Assembly (NCBI RefSeq): GCF_963976115.1
Contig: NZ_CAXBJJ010000013.1
Location: 15,012-79,011 of the forward strand
Source of the DNA: an uncultured Thalassospira sp.
GTDB taxonomy: Bacteria > Pseudomonadota > Alphaproteobacteria > Rhodospirillales > Thalassospiraceae
Direction: 5' to 3'
DNA: 64,000 bases
Of this stretch, positions 9,344 to 19,118 are shown piece by piece (within the stretch, counting starts at the first letter, position 1; every line of letters begins with the position of its first letter). The notes under the pieces are model-generated. The model saw only the letters and a list, made by a program, of their open reading frames with translations. It was not told the DNA's origin and searched no databases. The position numbers and the translations under genes are program-made.

Positions 9344-9907
9344 GTGACTGTTTCCAAATTAAAATTGATTGCCGCTTCCACCCTGGTTTTAGCACTTGCT
9401 GCCTGCAGCGGTGCGTCGCAATCAGACTATGACAATTACCCCGGCTCAGCACCTGGCAACGAACGCATTCTGGGCCGTTCGGCAACCCGGGCTGACATGA
9501 AAAAACAGGGAAGTGTTTTTGGTGACGAAGGCCTGAACATTTTTGGCAGCGACAGTAAAAAGCAGCAAGGTGGCACAGGCATTGGCGTAAACAGCTATTT
9601 GTGGCGCGCCACCCTTGATACGCTGTCTTTCATGCCGCTTAATTCAGCCGATCCATTTGGCGGTGTCATCATTACCGACTGGTACAGCCCGGCTGAAACC
9701 CCGAATGAACGTTTCAAAATTACCGGCTACATCCTTGGCACCGCATTGCGCTCGGACGCGGTCAAAGTCTCCATTTTCCGTCAAGTCCGCGCGGGTGGAA
9801 ATGAATGGGCCGATGCTGTCGTTGATCCGAAAACGGTGACCGAAATGGAAGATTCCATTCTGACACGGGCTCGCCAATTACGTATCGACAGTGCCAACAG
9901 CCAATAA
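9344..9907 (+). CDS. DUF3576-like lipoprotein
   Basis: GTG start and lipobox LALAAC|SG. GVNSYLWRATLDTLSFMPL...DPFGGVIITDWY matches my recollection of DUF3576. Confidence 0.6.
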   Translation: MTVSKLKLIAASTLVLALAACSGASQSDYDNYPGSAPGNERILGRSATRADMKKQGSVFGDEGLNIFGSDSKKQQGGTGIGVNSYLWRATLDTLSFMPLNSADPFGGVIITDWYSPAETPNERFKITGYILGTALRSDAVKVSIFRQVRAGGNEWADAVVDPKTVTEMEDSILTRARQLRIDSANSQ

Positions 9908-9930
9908 CACAGTACCAACAGCCAATAATA

Positions 9931-10656
9931 TTGCCCATGTGCTTAACCGGTGCCAACACCCGATATGGCTCGCCAACATACAATCCCCATTCGCTGAAAC
10001 GCCGATGGGGGTTGTTTTTATCGGGTCGCAATGTCGCGATGTCGGCCTGTTTAAAAGAAGACGGCAAAACGCCGGGCTTTCGCACACATCTTGATCACTG
10101 CATCCAAAATAACCTGCCGACAATTCTCGGTCTGCCCCGTGACACCCAAACTGAAAACGGGTCCTTTGAAACGATTAAACCCGATAAAAATTGCGTCGGC
10201 CCGATCATTTTACAAGATGGTATATCGGACCTGCCAACCTTGATAGACGAGGTCGGCCTCGATATTGTGGCACTGTCTGTCCTCTCAGACGTACCTTTGC
10301 ACAGACCGCGCCGACTTGAACTTGAGGATCTGGTCAGCCACTGGCGCTGGTTAAGGCAGATATGGCAGTTTTCCTGCGAGGTCGAAGATAGCTGTGCGAC
10401 GCGCGCACGCGTTAAAATCGATCCTGCTATCGCAAACAGCGCGGGCATTGTTCAGAACATCCGCCAATCGCGCTATAACATCGCCATAGCCGAAATGCGT
10501 ACATTGTTTCAGGACATAAGAAAAACGCCCGCCAACCGTCATTGTCAGGCACAATTGCAGTTTCTGCACCTGTTGTGTTTGTTTTGCCCTTACATCGGGC
10601 ATGAATTATTGTATCGCTATGGATTAGTCGACCAGCCTGACCAACCGGAGTCCTGA
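9931..10656 (+). pseudogene. leuS: leucyl-tRNA synthetase relic (post-KMSKS and anticodon-binding-domain segment only; KMSKS degenerate)
   Basis: VGLDIVALSVLSDVP, SHWRWLRQIW, YNIAIAEMRTLFQDI and LCLFCPYIGHELLYRYG parallel the LeuS motifs GADT.RLF...SP, G..RFL.R.W, FNTAIA..MEL.N and L.PF.PH..EELW. It occupies the canonical position directly before lptE. Confidence 0.6.
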
Positions 10657-10660
10657 AACG

Positions 10661-11170
10661 ATGTTGCTGCGCCCTATCATGTCGCTATTTCTTTGTCTGG
10701 CAGTGCCATCCCTGGGTGCTTGCGGATTTCATCCATTATATGGACAAAATAACGCAGGCGAAGCGACATCTGATGCCTTGTCCAAGGTGAAAATTGACCT
10801 GATTGAAAATCGAGTCGGCCAATTGACCCGAAATGTTTTGCTGGAAAACCTGACCCCAAAAGGGTCACCGACAAATGCAGAATATGAACTGGTCGTAGAG
10901 CTAAACGAAAGCACCACGGATCTGGGCTTCACCAAACAAAACGAAGCAACCATTTCTGACTACATTCTATCTGGCAATTACAAACTGATCCGGATTTCCG
11001 ATACCAAAACAATGCGCAGCGGTACCTTGCGTGCACGCACCAGTTTCAACATTGTCCAATCCGATTTCGCCAGCCTTGAAGCAAAATCCGCCGCCCGCGA
11101 AGATGCTGCGCGCAATCTTGCACGGCAAATCGCAAACCAGGTTGCGATTGGCGTCAACAATGCTGATTAA
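10661..11170 (+). CDS. lptE: LPS-assembly lipoprotein LptE
   Basis: Lipobox LGAC|GFHPLYG and conserved position between leuS and holA. Confidence 0.75.
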   Translation: MLLRPIMSLFLCLAVPSLGACGFHPLYGQNNAGEATSDALSKVKIDLIENRVGQLTRNVLLENLTPKGSPTNAEYELVVELNESTTDLGFTKQNEATISDYILSGNYKLIRISDTKTMRSGTLRARTSFNIVQSDFASLEAKSAAREDAARNLARQIANQVAIGVNNAD

Positions 11171-11188
11171 TTTCAGTACTGAAATTCT

Positions 11189-12220
11189 ATGAAACTCAAA
11201 GCAGCCCAGGTCGATTCGTTTTTACGTTCCCCCGATGCCAAGGCACAGATCATCCTGATCTATGGCGAGGATGAAGGGCTGGTGCGCGAACGCGGTGCCA
11301 CGCTGGCGAAAACCGTTGTCGAAGATCTCAAAGATCCCTTTCGTGTTGTTGAACTTGGCCCGGCACAGTTAAAAGAAGACGGTGGACGGTTGCGCGATGA
11401 AGCCGCTGCCATCAGCTTTGGCGGCGGACGGCGTGTGGTGCGACTGCGCGATATTGGCGATGCCCAGGCCGCCACCATCGCAGACTTCCTGCAATACCCC
11501 GCTGGCGACGCCTTGATCGTATGTGAGGCTGGCGGCCTGCCTTCCCGCTCAAAGCTGCGTCAGGCAGTTGAAAAGGCCGGCAATGGCATGGCCCTGCCCT
11601 GCTATGCCGACTCGGGCCGGGATCTGGAAGGGTTGATCAAATCGGTTATGGACGAGCATAACCTTCAGATCGAACGCGATGCCGTGCGCTATCTGATTGC
11701 CAATCTCGGCAGCGACAGAATGATTTCACGTAACGAACTGCAAAAGCTCGCCCTCTATGCCTTAAAACAACAACGGGTGTCGCTGGCCGATGCCATGGCC
11801 TGCATTGGTGACAGTTCCGCCCGCCATTATGATGATGTGCTTCAGGCCGTTTCGGCCGGCAATGTCGCCAATCTGGATACGGCCCTGACACGTTTGGTCG
11901 AAGAAGGCCTAAACCCCGTCGGCGCCCTGCGCATGATGATCGGTTATTTTCAGAAATTACATCTGGTCAAGGGCCAGATCACCCAGGGCACGTCGGTTGA
12001 ACAGGCCATGAAAGCCCTGCGCCCGCCGTTATTTTTTAAGGCAGCAGACCAGTTTCGCGCCAATTTATCCTATTGGCCGCTGCCCCATATCCAGCGGGCC
12101 TTGCAAATTTTTCTTGAAGCCGAAAAAGATTGCAAAAGCGGCCTGGCCATTCCCGAAACACTGGCACACCGCGCCATGATCAAGGTGACTGTCGCCCGGC
12201 AGAAACAAGGGCGACGCTAA
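11189..12220 (+). CDS. holA: DNA polymerase III delta subunit
   Basis: 343 aa. N-terminal ...ILIYGEDEGLVRE..., plus position after lptE. Confidence 0.8.
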   Translation: MKLKAAQVDSFLRSPDAKAQIILIYGEDEGLVRERGATLAKTVVEDLKDPFRVVELGPAQLKEDGGRLRDEAAAISFGGGRRVVRLRDIGDAQAATIADFLQYPAGDALIVCEAGGLPSRSKLRQAVEKAGNGMALPCYADSGRDLEGLIKSVMDEHNLQIERDAVRYLIANLGSDRMISRNELQKLALYALKQQRVSLADAMACIGDSSARHYDDVLQAVSAGNVANLDTALTRLVEEGLNPVGALRMMIGYFQKLHLVKGQITQGTSVEQAMKALRPPLFFKAADQFRANLSYWPLPHIQRALQIFLEAEKDCKSGLAIPETLAHRAMIKVTVARQKQGRR

Positions 12221-12312
12221 ACATCGAATGTCGAATGCTTTTCGAGCCTGCTTTCGCATGTTGCCAAAACATCCAGATATGACCTGCCTGCCACGTTACG
12301 GATCTGAATAAA

Positions 12313-12346
12313 ATAAAGCCGGATCCCCGAGGAATACCGGCTTTAT
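12313..12346. terminator. bidirectional hairpin between convergent holA and parB (ATAAAGCCGG...CCGGCTTTAT)
   Basis: Read directly. Confidence 0.55.
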
Positions 12347-12372
12347 TGCAGTGCAGCATTTTTATTTTGCAG

Positions 12373-13608
12373 TTACGAACCAGCCTTGTTGCGCTCGGAA
12401 ACAACGTCAGCAAAAACGGCCTCGTCCACTTCCTCGCGAGACATGGGGGCATCAGCCTCCGGTGCTGCCGCGTAATCTTCGCTCTCGTCATCATCTTTGC
12501 TAAGATCAAGCGAGATCCCGGATGTATCCGCAATCGACTCGAGCTCTTTGGTAATGTCATCTTCGGCCTGACCGGTTTCTTCGACATCACCCGAATCATC
12601 CATAAACATCGAGTCGAATTCGTTGTCGCCCGTATCGGAATCGCCTGAAACGATAGCGCCATCGTTTGCAGAAACACTCTCCGCACGACCATGCGTCAAG
12701 CGCTGAAGAATATCGTCAAGCTGCTCAAGCGTATCGTAACGAACCGACAGGCGGCCGCCCGCCCCGTCAAAATCAATGCTGACAGCAAGACCCAGCATAT
12801 TGCTCAGGTCACGTTCCAGCGAAACCGTATCGGGATCTTTCTGCGGGCCGGATGCACCTTTTTCCCGCTTGGGCCGCGATGCCTTGCCGCCGTCCGTTTT
12901 AACCAGCTTTTCGGTCTGGCGAACATTAAGGCCCTTTTTAACAATCTGGGTTGCCAGCTCAACCGCGTTATCAGCACCGAGCAACGCGCGTGCATGCCCT
13001 GCACTTAACACCTTGTCCGACAGCATTTGTTTGATTGGCGATGGCAACGACAATAACCGCAAGCTGTTGGCAATGTGGCTACGGCTTTTACCCAGCGCTT
13101 GCCCCAGAGCTTCCTGGGTATGTGAAAATTCCGCCATTAAGCGGTTATAGCCCTCGGCCTCTTCCAGGGCGGACAAATCCTGACGTTGCAGGTTTTCGAT
13201 CAGGGCAATTTCAGCCGTTTCGCGGTCGTCAAACTCCCGCACCAAGACCGGCACTTCGTGCAACTGGGCCCGCTGAGCCGCACGCCAGCGCCGTTCACCG
13301 GCAATAATTTCATAAACCGTCGCACCGGTCGAAGATGCGCGCACCAAAATCGGCTGGATAATCCCTTTCTGGCGGATAGATGCCGCCAGATCGTCAATGG
13401 CCTCGTCATCAAAATTGCTGCGCGGCTGAAACGGTGACGGCGCTAAATCGCTAATCGCAACCAGTTGCGTCGTCCCGCCAGGGCCGGGATGCACAGGTTC
13501 GCTTGGCGCGGCATCGCCACCACTCACCGCAGCCCCCACTTCCTCGTCTTCCTCGCCCAACAAAGCAGAAAGGCCCCGTCCCAAACCGCGTTTTTTTATC
13601 TCACTCAT
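12373..13608 (-). CDS. parB: chromosome-partitioning protein ParB with a ~105-aa acidic C-terminal extension
   Basis: RGLGRGLSALL, GIIQPILVR, YEIIAGERRWRAA, and the HTH LTQEALGQALGKSRSHIANSLRLL. The extra tail is rich in D/E. Confidence 0.9.
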   Translation of the reverse strand: MSEIKKRGLGRGLSALLGEEDEEVGAAVSGGDAAPSEPVHPGPGGTTQLVAISDLAPSPFQPRSNFDDEAIDDLAASIRQKGIIQPILVRASSTGATVYEIIAGERRWRAAQRAQLHEVPVLVREFDDRETAEIALIENLQRQDLSALEEAEGYNRLMAEFSHTQEALGQALGKSRSHIANSLRLLSLPSPIKQMLSDKVLSAGHARALLGADNAVELATQIVKKGLNVRQTEKLVKTDGGKASRPKREKGASGPQKDPDTVSLERDLSNMLGLAVSIDFDGAGGRLSVRYDTLEQLDDILQRLTHGRAESVSANDGAIVSGDSDTGDNEFDSMFMDDSGDVEETGQAEDDITKELESIADTSGISLDLSKDDDESEDYAAAPEADAPMSREEVDEAVFADVVSERNKAGS

Positions 13609-14420
13609 GCCTTCACTCCTTCGCGTTTCAGGACTTCACTTGCCAAATTCAGATATGCCTTCGAACCGGGGCATTTAATGTCATAGACAAGAACCGGTGC
13701 CCCGTGACTGGGTGCTTCGGAAACACGCACATTGCGGGGAATAACGGTTCGATAAACCACATCGCCAAAATAATCGCGGACATCTTTGGCTACCTGCGCC
13801 GACAAATTATTGCGCTTGTCATACATCGTCAGCACGATGCCCTGAATTTCCAGCTTGGGATTAAACGCCTTTTTGACCCGCTTGATGGTCCGCACCAGAT
13901 GGCTGATCCCTTCCAGCGCAAAAAACTCGCATTGCAACGGTACCAAAACAGCATCAGATGCCACCAGGGCATTAAGCGTTAACAACCCCAAAGACGGCGG
14001 GCAATCGATCAGCACATAATCAACATCTTGCGGCAGACGCGACAAAGATTCTTTAAGCTGCATTTCCCGGCGTTCAAAATCAACCAGCTCAATCTCGGCC
14101 CCGGACAAATCCATGCCGGATGGCACAATATTCAGCCGCGGGATGGCAGTTGGCCGCCGGGCTTCCATCAAACTGGCGCCGTTAATCAGCACGTCATAAG
14201 AACTGATATCGCGTTCCGATGGCCGCAACCCCAAACCAGTGCTGGCATTGCCCTGCGGGTCAAGGTCGACAATCAGAACACGCTGATCGACAGCCGCCAG
14301 CGCCGTTGCCAAATTGATGGTGGTGGTGGTTTTCCCCACCCCGCCTTTCTGGTTGGCAATGGCAATAATACGGGGGCGTTTTCCACCGGTATTTACGGGC
14401 AAGTCAATCACATCTGTCAT
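13605..14420 (-). CDS. parA: chromosome-partitioning ATPase ParA
   Basis: IIAIANQKGGVGKTTTTINLA deviant Walker A. 4-nt overlaps with parB and rsmG. Confidence 0.92.
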   Translation of the reverse strand: MTDVIDLPVNTGGKRPRIIAIANQKGGVGKTTTTINLATALAAVDQRVLIVDLDPQGNASTGLGLRPSERDISSYDVLINGASLMEARRPTAIPRLNIVPSGMDLSGAEIELVDFERREMQLKESLSRLPQDVDYVLIDCPPSLGLLTLNALVASDAVLVPLQCEFFALEGISHLVRTIKRVKKAFNPKLEIQGIVLTMYDKRNNLSAQVAKDVRDYFGDVVYRTVIPRNVRVSEAPSHGAPVLVYDIKCPGSKAYLNLASEVLKREGVKA

Positions 14421-15058
14421 CGCACCACTCCCTCAAGGATCATCACCACGCCTTCCGGATCAACAAGTCCCGGAAAGGTTGTTACAGAAAAACGCCATCC
14501 GGCATCCCGCGCGTCGGCCAGTTCACTTTCGAAGGCACGTCCTTTGAGCAGCACATATTTTCCACCCGGTTTTAAATGGCGCTGCCCCATTTCCAGCAAT
14601 TTTGGCAAAGGCGCAAAAGCCCGGGCAGTAATAATATCGGCGTTTTCCGGCTTTGCAGATTCGATTCGCTCCCGGGCAACACGCGTTTTCCCCAGGCAAC
14701 CGCAAACCCGGCAGGCTTCGCTCAGAAAGACCGTTTTTTTGGTAACGCTTTCCATCATGGTTACATGACTTGCGCCCAAAATGGACAAAACCACACCCGG
14801 AAATCCGGCGCCGGAACCAAAATCAACAATTTTCGCATCGGGTTTTTGGGCAATATCGGCAAGATGCGGCCAAATTTGCGCCGAATCCTGTAAATGACGT
14901 GCCCAAACGTCTTCGGCAGTGCTGGCGCCCACAATATTAATGCTTGGCTGCCACTTCACCACCAGATCGGCATAATGCTCGAGGTGAGACAGTGTTTCAC
15001 GTGAAACATGAAGTTCGGTCTCAAACCACTTTTTGACGGATTCAGTATTTGTTTGCAT
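14417..15058 (-). CDS. rsmG: 16S rRNA (guanine527-N7)-methyltransferase RsmG
   Basis: IVDFGSGAGFPGVVL SAM motif and position between mnmG and parA. Start taken at MQTNTES (15058). The upstream ORF extension begins inside a parS/terminator palindrome. Confidence 0.85.
   Translation of the reverse strand: MQTNTESVKKWFETELHVSRETLSHLEHYADLVVKWQPSINIVGASTAEDVWARHLQDSAQIWPHLADIAQKPDAKIVDFGSGAGFPGVVLSILGASHVTMMESVTKKTVFLSEACRVCGCLGKTRVARERIESAKPENADIITARAFAPLPKLLEMGQRHLKPGGKYVLLKGRAFESELADARDAGWRFSVTTFPGLVDPEGVVMILEGVVR
14993..15008. promoter_or_regulatory. parS site, perfect TGTTTCACGTGAAACA
   Basis: Read directly, inside the rsmG CDS (encodes VSRETL). Confidence 0.85.
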
Positions 15059-15146
15059 AAATTGCTTATAAATCCGGATGGGTCGCCACGCCAGCGTTGT
15101 TTTTAACAAACGCGGGTTTAACGCATTTATTTCCAAATTTTTCCAT

Positions 15147-15187
15147 AAAAAAAGCCGCCTATGTTTCACGTGAAACATGGGCGGCTT
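15147..15187 (-). terminator. mnmG terminator: 36-bp palindrome AAGCCGCC(T/C)ATGTTTCAC|GTGAAACAT(G)GGCGGCTT plus T7, with a parS at its centre
   Basis: Read directly. One T/G mismatch in an 18-bp stem. Confidence 0.65.
15162..15177. promoter_or_regulatory. parS site, perfect TGTTTCACGTGAAACA
   Basis: Read directly, in the mnmG-rsmG intergenic region. Confidence 0.85.
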
Positions 15188-15266
15188 AATTTCTATGCGC
15201 CAGATGGCCTCTTATTCCGGGTATCGATGGCCGCGCCCTACCCTGAACCAGTCTTTTTATAAGCGA

Positions 15267-17153
15267 TCAAGCAGATTTTTGATTAATCGCCTGATGACGG
15301 TGTGATCGAATATGCCCCAGCAAAGCGGTGACCGCCGCCGGGGTCACACCGGGAATGCGCGACGCGGCACCAATAGTTTCCGGCATGATCTGCTGAAGCT
15401 TCAACCTGATCTCGGTCGACAGCCCACCGATCCGCGTATAATCCAGGTTTCGCGGCAAGCGTAGTTCTTCATCACGACGGAACGCCGCGACATCTGCGGC
15501 CTGGCGATCAAGATAACCTTTATACTGCGCGTCAATGGCAAGCTGATCGCGGATCGCCGGGGCAACATCGCGAAGCTCCGGCCAAACGTCAGCCAGTTGA
15601 TCATAGGAAATATCCGGGTAGGCCAGCAGGTCAAAGGCACTGCGGCGCACACCGTCCTGGTTAACTCTAATCCCGTGTTTGATCAATTGATTGGGGGTTT
15701 CGGCCAAATCGCCAATCCGCTGCTTGGCAGTTGCCAAGGCATCGCGCTTATCCGTCCACGCATGTTGACGTGACGATGCGACGCAGCCAATCGCCATGCC
15801 CATCCCGGTCAAACGCTGGTCGGCATTATCGGCCCTTAACATCAAACGATATTCCGCGCGGGAGGTAAACATCCGGTAAGGTTCGCGCGTGCCCTGGGTC
15901 ACCAGATCGTCAATCATCACGCCAATATAAGCATCAGCCCGGTCGAGAACAAATTGCTGATCACCGCCATCCGCCACCAGGGCCGCATTAACCCCGGCGA
16001 TCAGTCCCTGCCCTGCGGCCTCTTCATAGCCCGTGGTGCCATTGATCTGCCCGGCAAAAAACAGCCCGGCAACTTTCTTGGTTTCAAGGGTATGGCGCAG
16101 CTCGCGCGGGTCGACAAAATCATATTCGACCGCATAGCCGGGACGGAAAATTTCGACCTTTTCCAGCCCGGGGATGCTGGCCAACAACGCCAGTTGAACA
16201 TCCTTTGGCAGTGATGTTGAAATCCCGTTGGGATACACCGTCGGGTCGTCCAACCCTTCGGGTTCAAGGAAAATCTGGTGCTCGGATTTATCCGCAAACC
16301 GAACCACCTTATCCTCGATCGACGGGCAATAACGCGGACCGCTGCTGCTGATCTGGCCGCTATACATGGGCGCACGATGAAGATTATCGCGAATGATTTT
16401 GTGTGTTTCTTCGGTGGTGTGCGTCATATAACACGAAATTTGCGGCACCGTGATCGTGTCATTCAGAAACGAAAACGGTTCTGGCGGGTTATCGCCAGGC
16501 TGTTCAATCAGCCGTTTCCAGTCAATCGTCCGGCCATCCAGCCGGGCCGGTGTCCCGGTTTTAAGACGGCCCAAGGCAAATTCGTATTTGGCAAGCGTAT
16601 CGGACAGGCCCATAGACGGGGCATCGCCCATACGGCCCGCCGCCATGGTTTCTTCGCCAATATGAATTATACCGCGTAAAAACGTCCCGGTCGTCAACAC
16701 AACCGCCCCGGCCAGATAAGGTGTTCCTTCACCGGTAATAACGCCGCCGACCCGGTTATGTTCATCAATAACCAAATCTTCAACTGCCGCTTCAATGACC
16801 ATCAGGTTTTCCTGCCCGGCCAGAATATCCTGTACAGCATTGCGATACAGCTTGCGGTCGGCCTGTGCGCGCGGGCCGCGTACAGCAGGCCCCTTGGAGC
16901 GGTTAAGCATCCGAAACTGAATACCGGCACGGTCAATCGCACGGCCCATCACGCCATCAAGCGCATCCACCTCGCGCACCATATGACCCTTGCCCAACCC
17001 GCCAATTGCCGGGTTACAGGACATTTCGCCAATACGGTCGGCACGATGCGTGACCAGGGCCGTTTTAGCCCCCATGCGCGCCGCCGCCGCGGCGGCCTCG
17101 CATCCGGCGTGGCCGCCACCGACCACAATCACATCAAAACGGTTCTGCGACAT
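15267..17153 (-). CDS. mnmG: tRNA uridine-5-carboxymethylaminomethyl modification enzyme MnmG (GidA)
   Basis: [19 protein letters not shown] motif, 628 aa, collinear GidA motifs. Confidence 0.95.
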   Translation of the reverse strand: MSQNRFDVIVVGGGHAGCEAAAAAARMGAKTALVTHRADRIGEMSCNPAIGGLGKGHMVREVDALDGVMGRAIDRAGIQFRMLNRSKGPAVRGPRAQADRKLYRNAVQDILAGQENLMVIEAAVEDLVIDEHNRVGGVITGEGTPYLAGAVVLTTGTFLRGIIHIGEETMAAGRMGDAPSMGLSDTLAKYEFALGRLKTGTPARLDGRTIDWKRLIEQPGDNPPEPFSFLNDTITVPQISCYMTHTTEETHKIIRDNLHRAPMYSGQISSSGPRYCPSIEDKVVRFADKSEHQIFLEPEGLDDPTVYPNGISTSLPKDVQLALLASIPGLEKVEIFRPGYAVEYDFVDPRELRHTLETKKVAGLFFAGQINGTTGYEEAAGQGLIAGVNAALVADGGDQQFVLDRADAYIGVMIDDLVTQGTREPYRMFTSRAEYRLMLRADNADQRLTGMGMAIGCVASSRQHAWTDKRDALATAKQRIGDLAETPNQLIKHGIRVNQDGVRRSAFDLLAYPDISYDQLADVWPELRDVAPAIRDQLAIDAQYKGYLDRQAADVAAFRRDEELRLPRNLDYTRIGGLSTEIRLKLQQIMPETIGAASRIPGVTPAAVTALLGHIRSHRHQAINQKSA

Positions 17154-17268
17154 CAGTTCCTCATGCCCGCAACGGGCGGTTTCCAGCGATGCAATCCATA
17201 GAACGAATTTTCCGGATTGCTTTTACGGTCAACTTAATCAAGTATTTTTCTGGCATTGGAATCGATAC

Positions 17269-17284
17269 TGTTTCACGTGAAACA
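17269..17284. promoter_or_regulatory. parS site, perfect TGTTTCACGTGAAACA
   Basis: Read directly, in the mnmE-mnmG intergenic region. Confidence 0.85.
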
Positions 17285-17311
17285 TAATCGATTAAACCTA
17301 TTGCCAGATAA

Positions 17312-18703
17312 TTATTTGCCAATGCAGAAATCACCAAAGATGATATCGAGCAAATCTTCAACATCTACACGTCCGGTAATCTTTCCGATTTCCCGCACTG
17401 CCAGGCGAATATCCTCGGCAGCCAGTTCGGCAATATCGGTCCCCAAACCTCGTTGAAGATGGGACAACGCCTGTTCAAGGGCGCGACGATGACGCATCCG
17501 CGTCAGCGGGACAGGCCCGGCAAAATCGAGCCCCTCTTTTACGCGACTTTCCAGCAGTTGCAAGAGGCTTTCCATCCCCGCCCCGGTCATAGCCGATATC
17601 GCCAAAACCGGTAGCTCCAGCGCCGCCCCCGCAGCGTCCACACCCGACCATACATGTCCGGCGGGCTGATCCTGTGACGGGGCGGCGATGATAACGTCCG
17701 CATCCTGATCCGCCTTGTTGATCAGAATAACCGTGTTGCGATCAAGCAACCGTGCGGCCTCGGCGTCTATGTTCGGCCAATCGCCACGGGCAACAACCAC
17801 CAGCCGGAGGTCGGCGTTTTCCGCCCGCTCGGTCGCCCGGCGCACACCTTCGGTTTCAATCGCGTCGCCGGTTTCGCGCAGGCCTGCCGTATCCACCATT
17901 GTCACCGGGAAGCCTCCCAGATCGAGATGGATTTCAATCGCATCGCGCGTGGTACCAGCTATGTCAGAAACAATCGCCGCATCACGCCGGGCCAAACGGT
18001 TTAACAAACTGGATTTTCCGGCATTGGGTGCGCCAAGAATAACAATCTGGAACCCTTCACGCAGCCGCTCCCCACGGCGGTTATCGGCCAGATGCGAAGC
18101 AATTTCACCGCCGATCCGATCCAGATCGCCGCGCAAAACCGCAACAATGCCATCGGGCAGATCTTCGTCGGGAAAATCAATATCGGCCTCGATATGGGCC
18201 AGGGCCCGCATCAGACGCAAGCGCCAGTCTTCATAAAGCTGGCCCAGTTCCCCGGCCATTTGCCGCACGGCCTGTCGGCGCTGGGCGGCGGTTTCGGCAT
18301 CAATCAAATCGGCAATGCCTTCGGCTTCGGTCAGGTCCATTTTACCGTTCTGAAAGGCACGGCGGCTATATTCCCCCGGCTCAGCCAATCGCAAACCCGG
18401 TTGACGGCCAAGGCATTCCAGCACCCCCTCAATCACGGCCCGTCCGCCATGCACATGCAGTTCAACCACATCTTCGCCGGTAAAGCTGGCCGGGCCGACA
18501 AAATACAAGGCAATGGCATCATCCAGCCGTTCGCCACTTTGCGGATCGGCAATGGGCGCATAAACAGCCACACGCGGTTTAGGCGGCGTTTTACGGCCCA
18601 GAAGCGCACATAAGACCGGCAACGCCTGTGGACCCGACAGGCGAATAACCGCAACGCCTGCGCGCCCTGCACCGCTGGACAAGGCAAATATCGTATCAAT
18701 CAT
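17312..18703 (-). CDS. mnmE: tRNA modification GTPase MnmE (TrmE)
   Basis: DTIFALSSG..., GAPNAGKSSLLN, DIAGTTRD, and the C-terminal FCIGK. Start taken at MIDTIF (18703). Confidence 0.92.
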   Translation of the reverse strand: MIDTIFALSSGAGRAGVAVIRLSGPQALPVLCALLGRKTPPKPRVAVYAPIADPQSGERLDDAIALYFVGPASFTGEDVVELHVHGGRAVIEGVLECLGRQPGLRLAEPGEYSRRAFQNGKMDLTEAEGIADLIDAETAAQRRQAVRQMAGELGQLYEDWRLRLMRALAHIEADIDFPDEDLPDGIVAVLRGDLDRIGGEIASHLADNRRGERLREGFQIVILGAPNAGKSSLLNRLARRDAAIVSDIAGTTRDAIEIHLDLGGFPVTMVDTAGLRETGDAIETEGVRRATERAENADLRLVVVARGDWPNIDAEAARLLDRNTVILINKADQDADVIIAAPSQDQPAGHVWSGVDAAGAALELPVLAISAMTGAGMESLLQLLESRVKEGLDFAGPVPLTRMRHRRALEQALSHLQRGLGTDIAELAAEDIRLAVREIGKITGRVDVEDLLDIIFGDFCIGK

Positions 18704-18782
18704 ATGAGTGGGACCGTGCAAAACCATATTCCGTATATTGGCAGTGTAAAAATGGCCGCCTGACGGGCGGCCTTGGTAAATC

Positions 18783-19112
18783 TTACTGATCAGGTTGCAA
18801 TTGCAACCGGTCAACCACCCGGCCTTCTATCAGATGGGTCTGAAGAATTTCTTCAATATCATCCTGATTTTCATACCGGTACCAGGTTCCCTGCGGATAA
18901 ATGACCATCACCGGTCCCAGTTCGCACCGGTCCAGGCAGCCTGCGGTATTCACCCTGGTTTCGGGCAAGCCCAGTTCCTTGACCCGCACCTTCATATAAT
19001 TGCGCAACCGGGTTGCCCCGGCGGCCTGGCAACATCCGCGCGGATGTCCCTCCGGGCGTTCATTTTGGCAAACAAAAATATGGGACTGATAAAAATGTTC
19101 TGTGTCGCTCAA
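18783..19112 (-). CDS. thioredoxin-like [2Fe-2S] ferredoxin-family protein
   Basis: HIFVCQNERP...RGCC...AGCLDRCELGPVMVIYP Cys pattern. Confidence 0.7.
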   Translation of the reverse strand: MSDTEHFYQSHIFVCQNERPEGHPRGCCQAAGATRLRNYMKVRVKELGLPETRVNTAGCLDRCELGPVMVIYPQGTWYRYENQDDIEEILQTHLIEGRVVDRLQLQPDQ

Positions 19113-19118
19113 GCTCGA

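Noticed and set aside
14028-14768. Long plus-strand ORF (246 aa) and many similar antisense ORFs, for example 17715-18236, 18092-18613, 23491-23991, 29478-30197 and 53517-54308
   Set aside because: They lie entirely antisense to strongly supported genes (parA/rsmG, mnmE, rho, lutB, comM). They have Arg/Pro/Ser-rich shadow-frame composition and no recognisable motifs.
15059-15178. 5' extension of rsmG (MFHVKHRRLF...) in the ORF track; similar extensions occur for yggS, both porins, mnmE, hemH, gshB, lutA, HIT and the dehydrogenase
   Set aside because: The extensions start in intergenic palindromes or lack ribosome-binding sites. Internal Met codons with good Shine-Dalgarno sequences and canonical N-termini are preferred.
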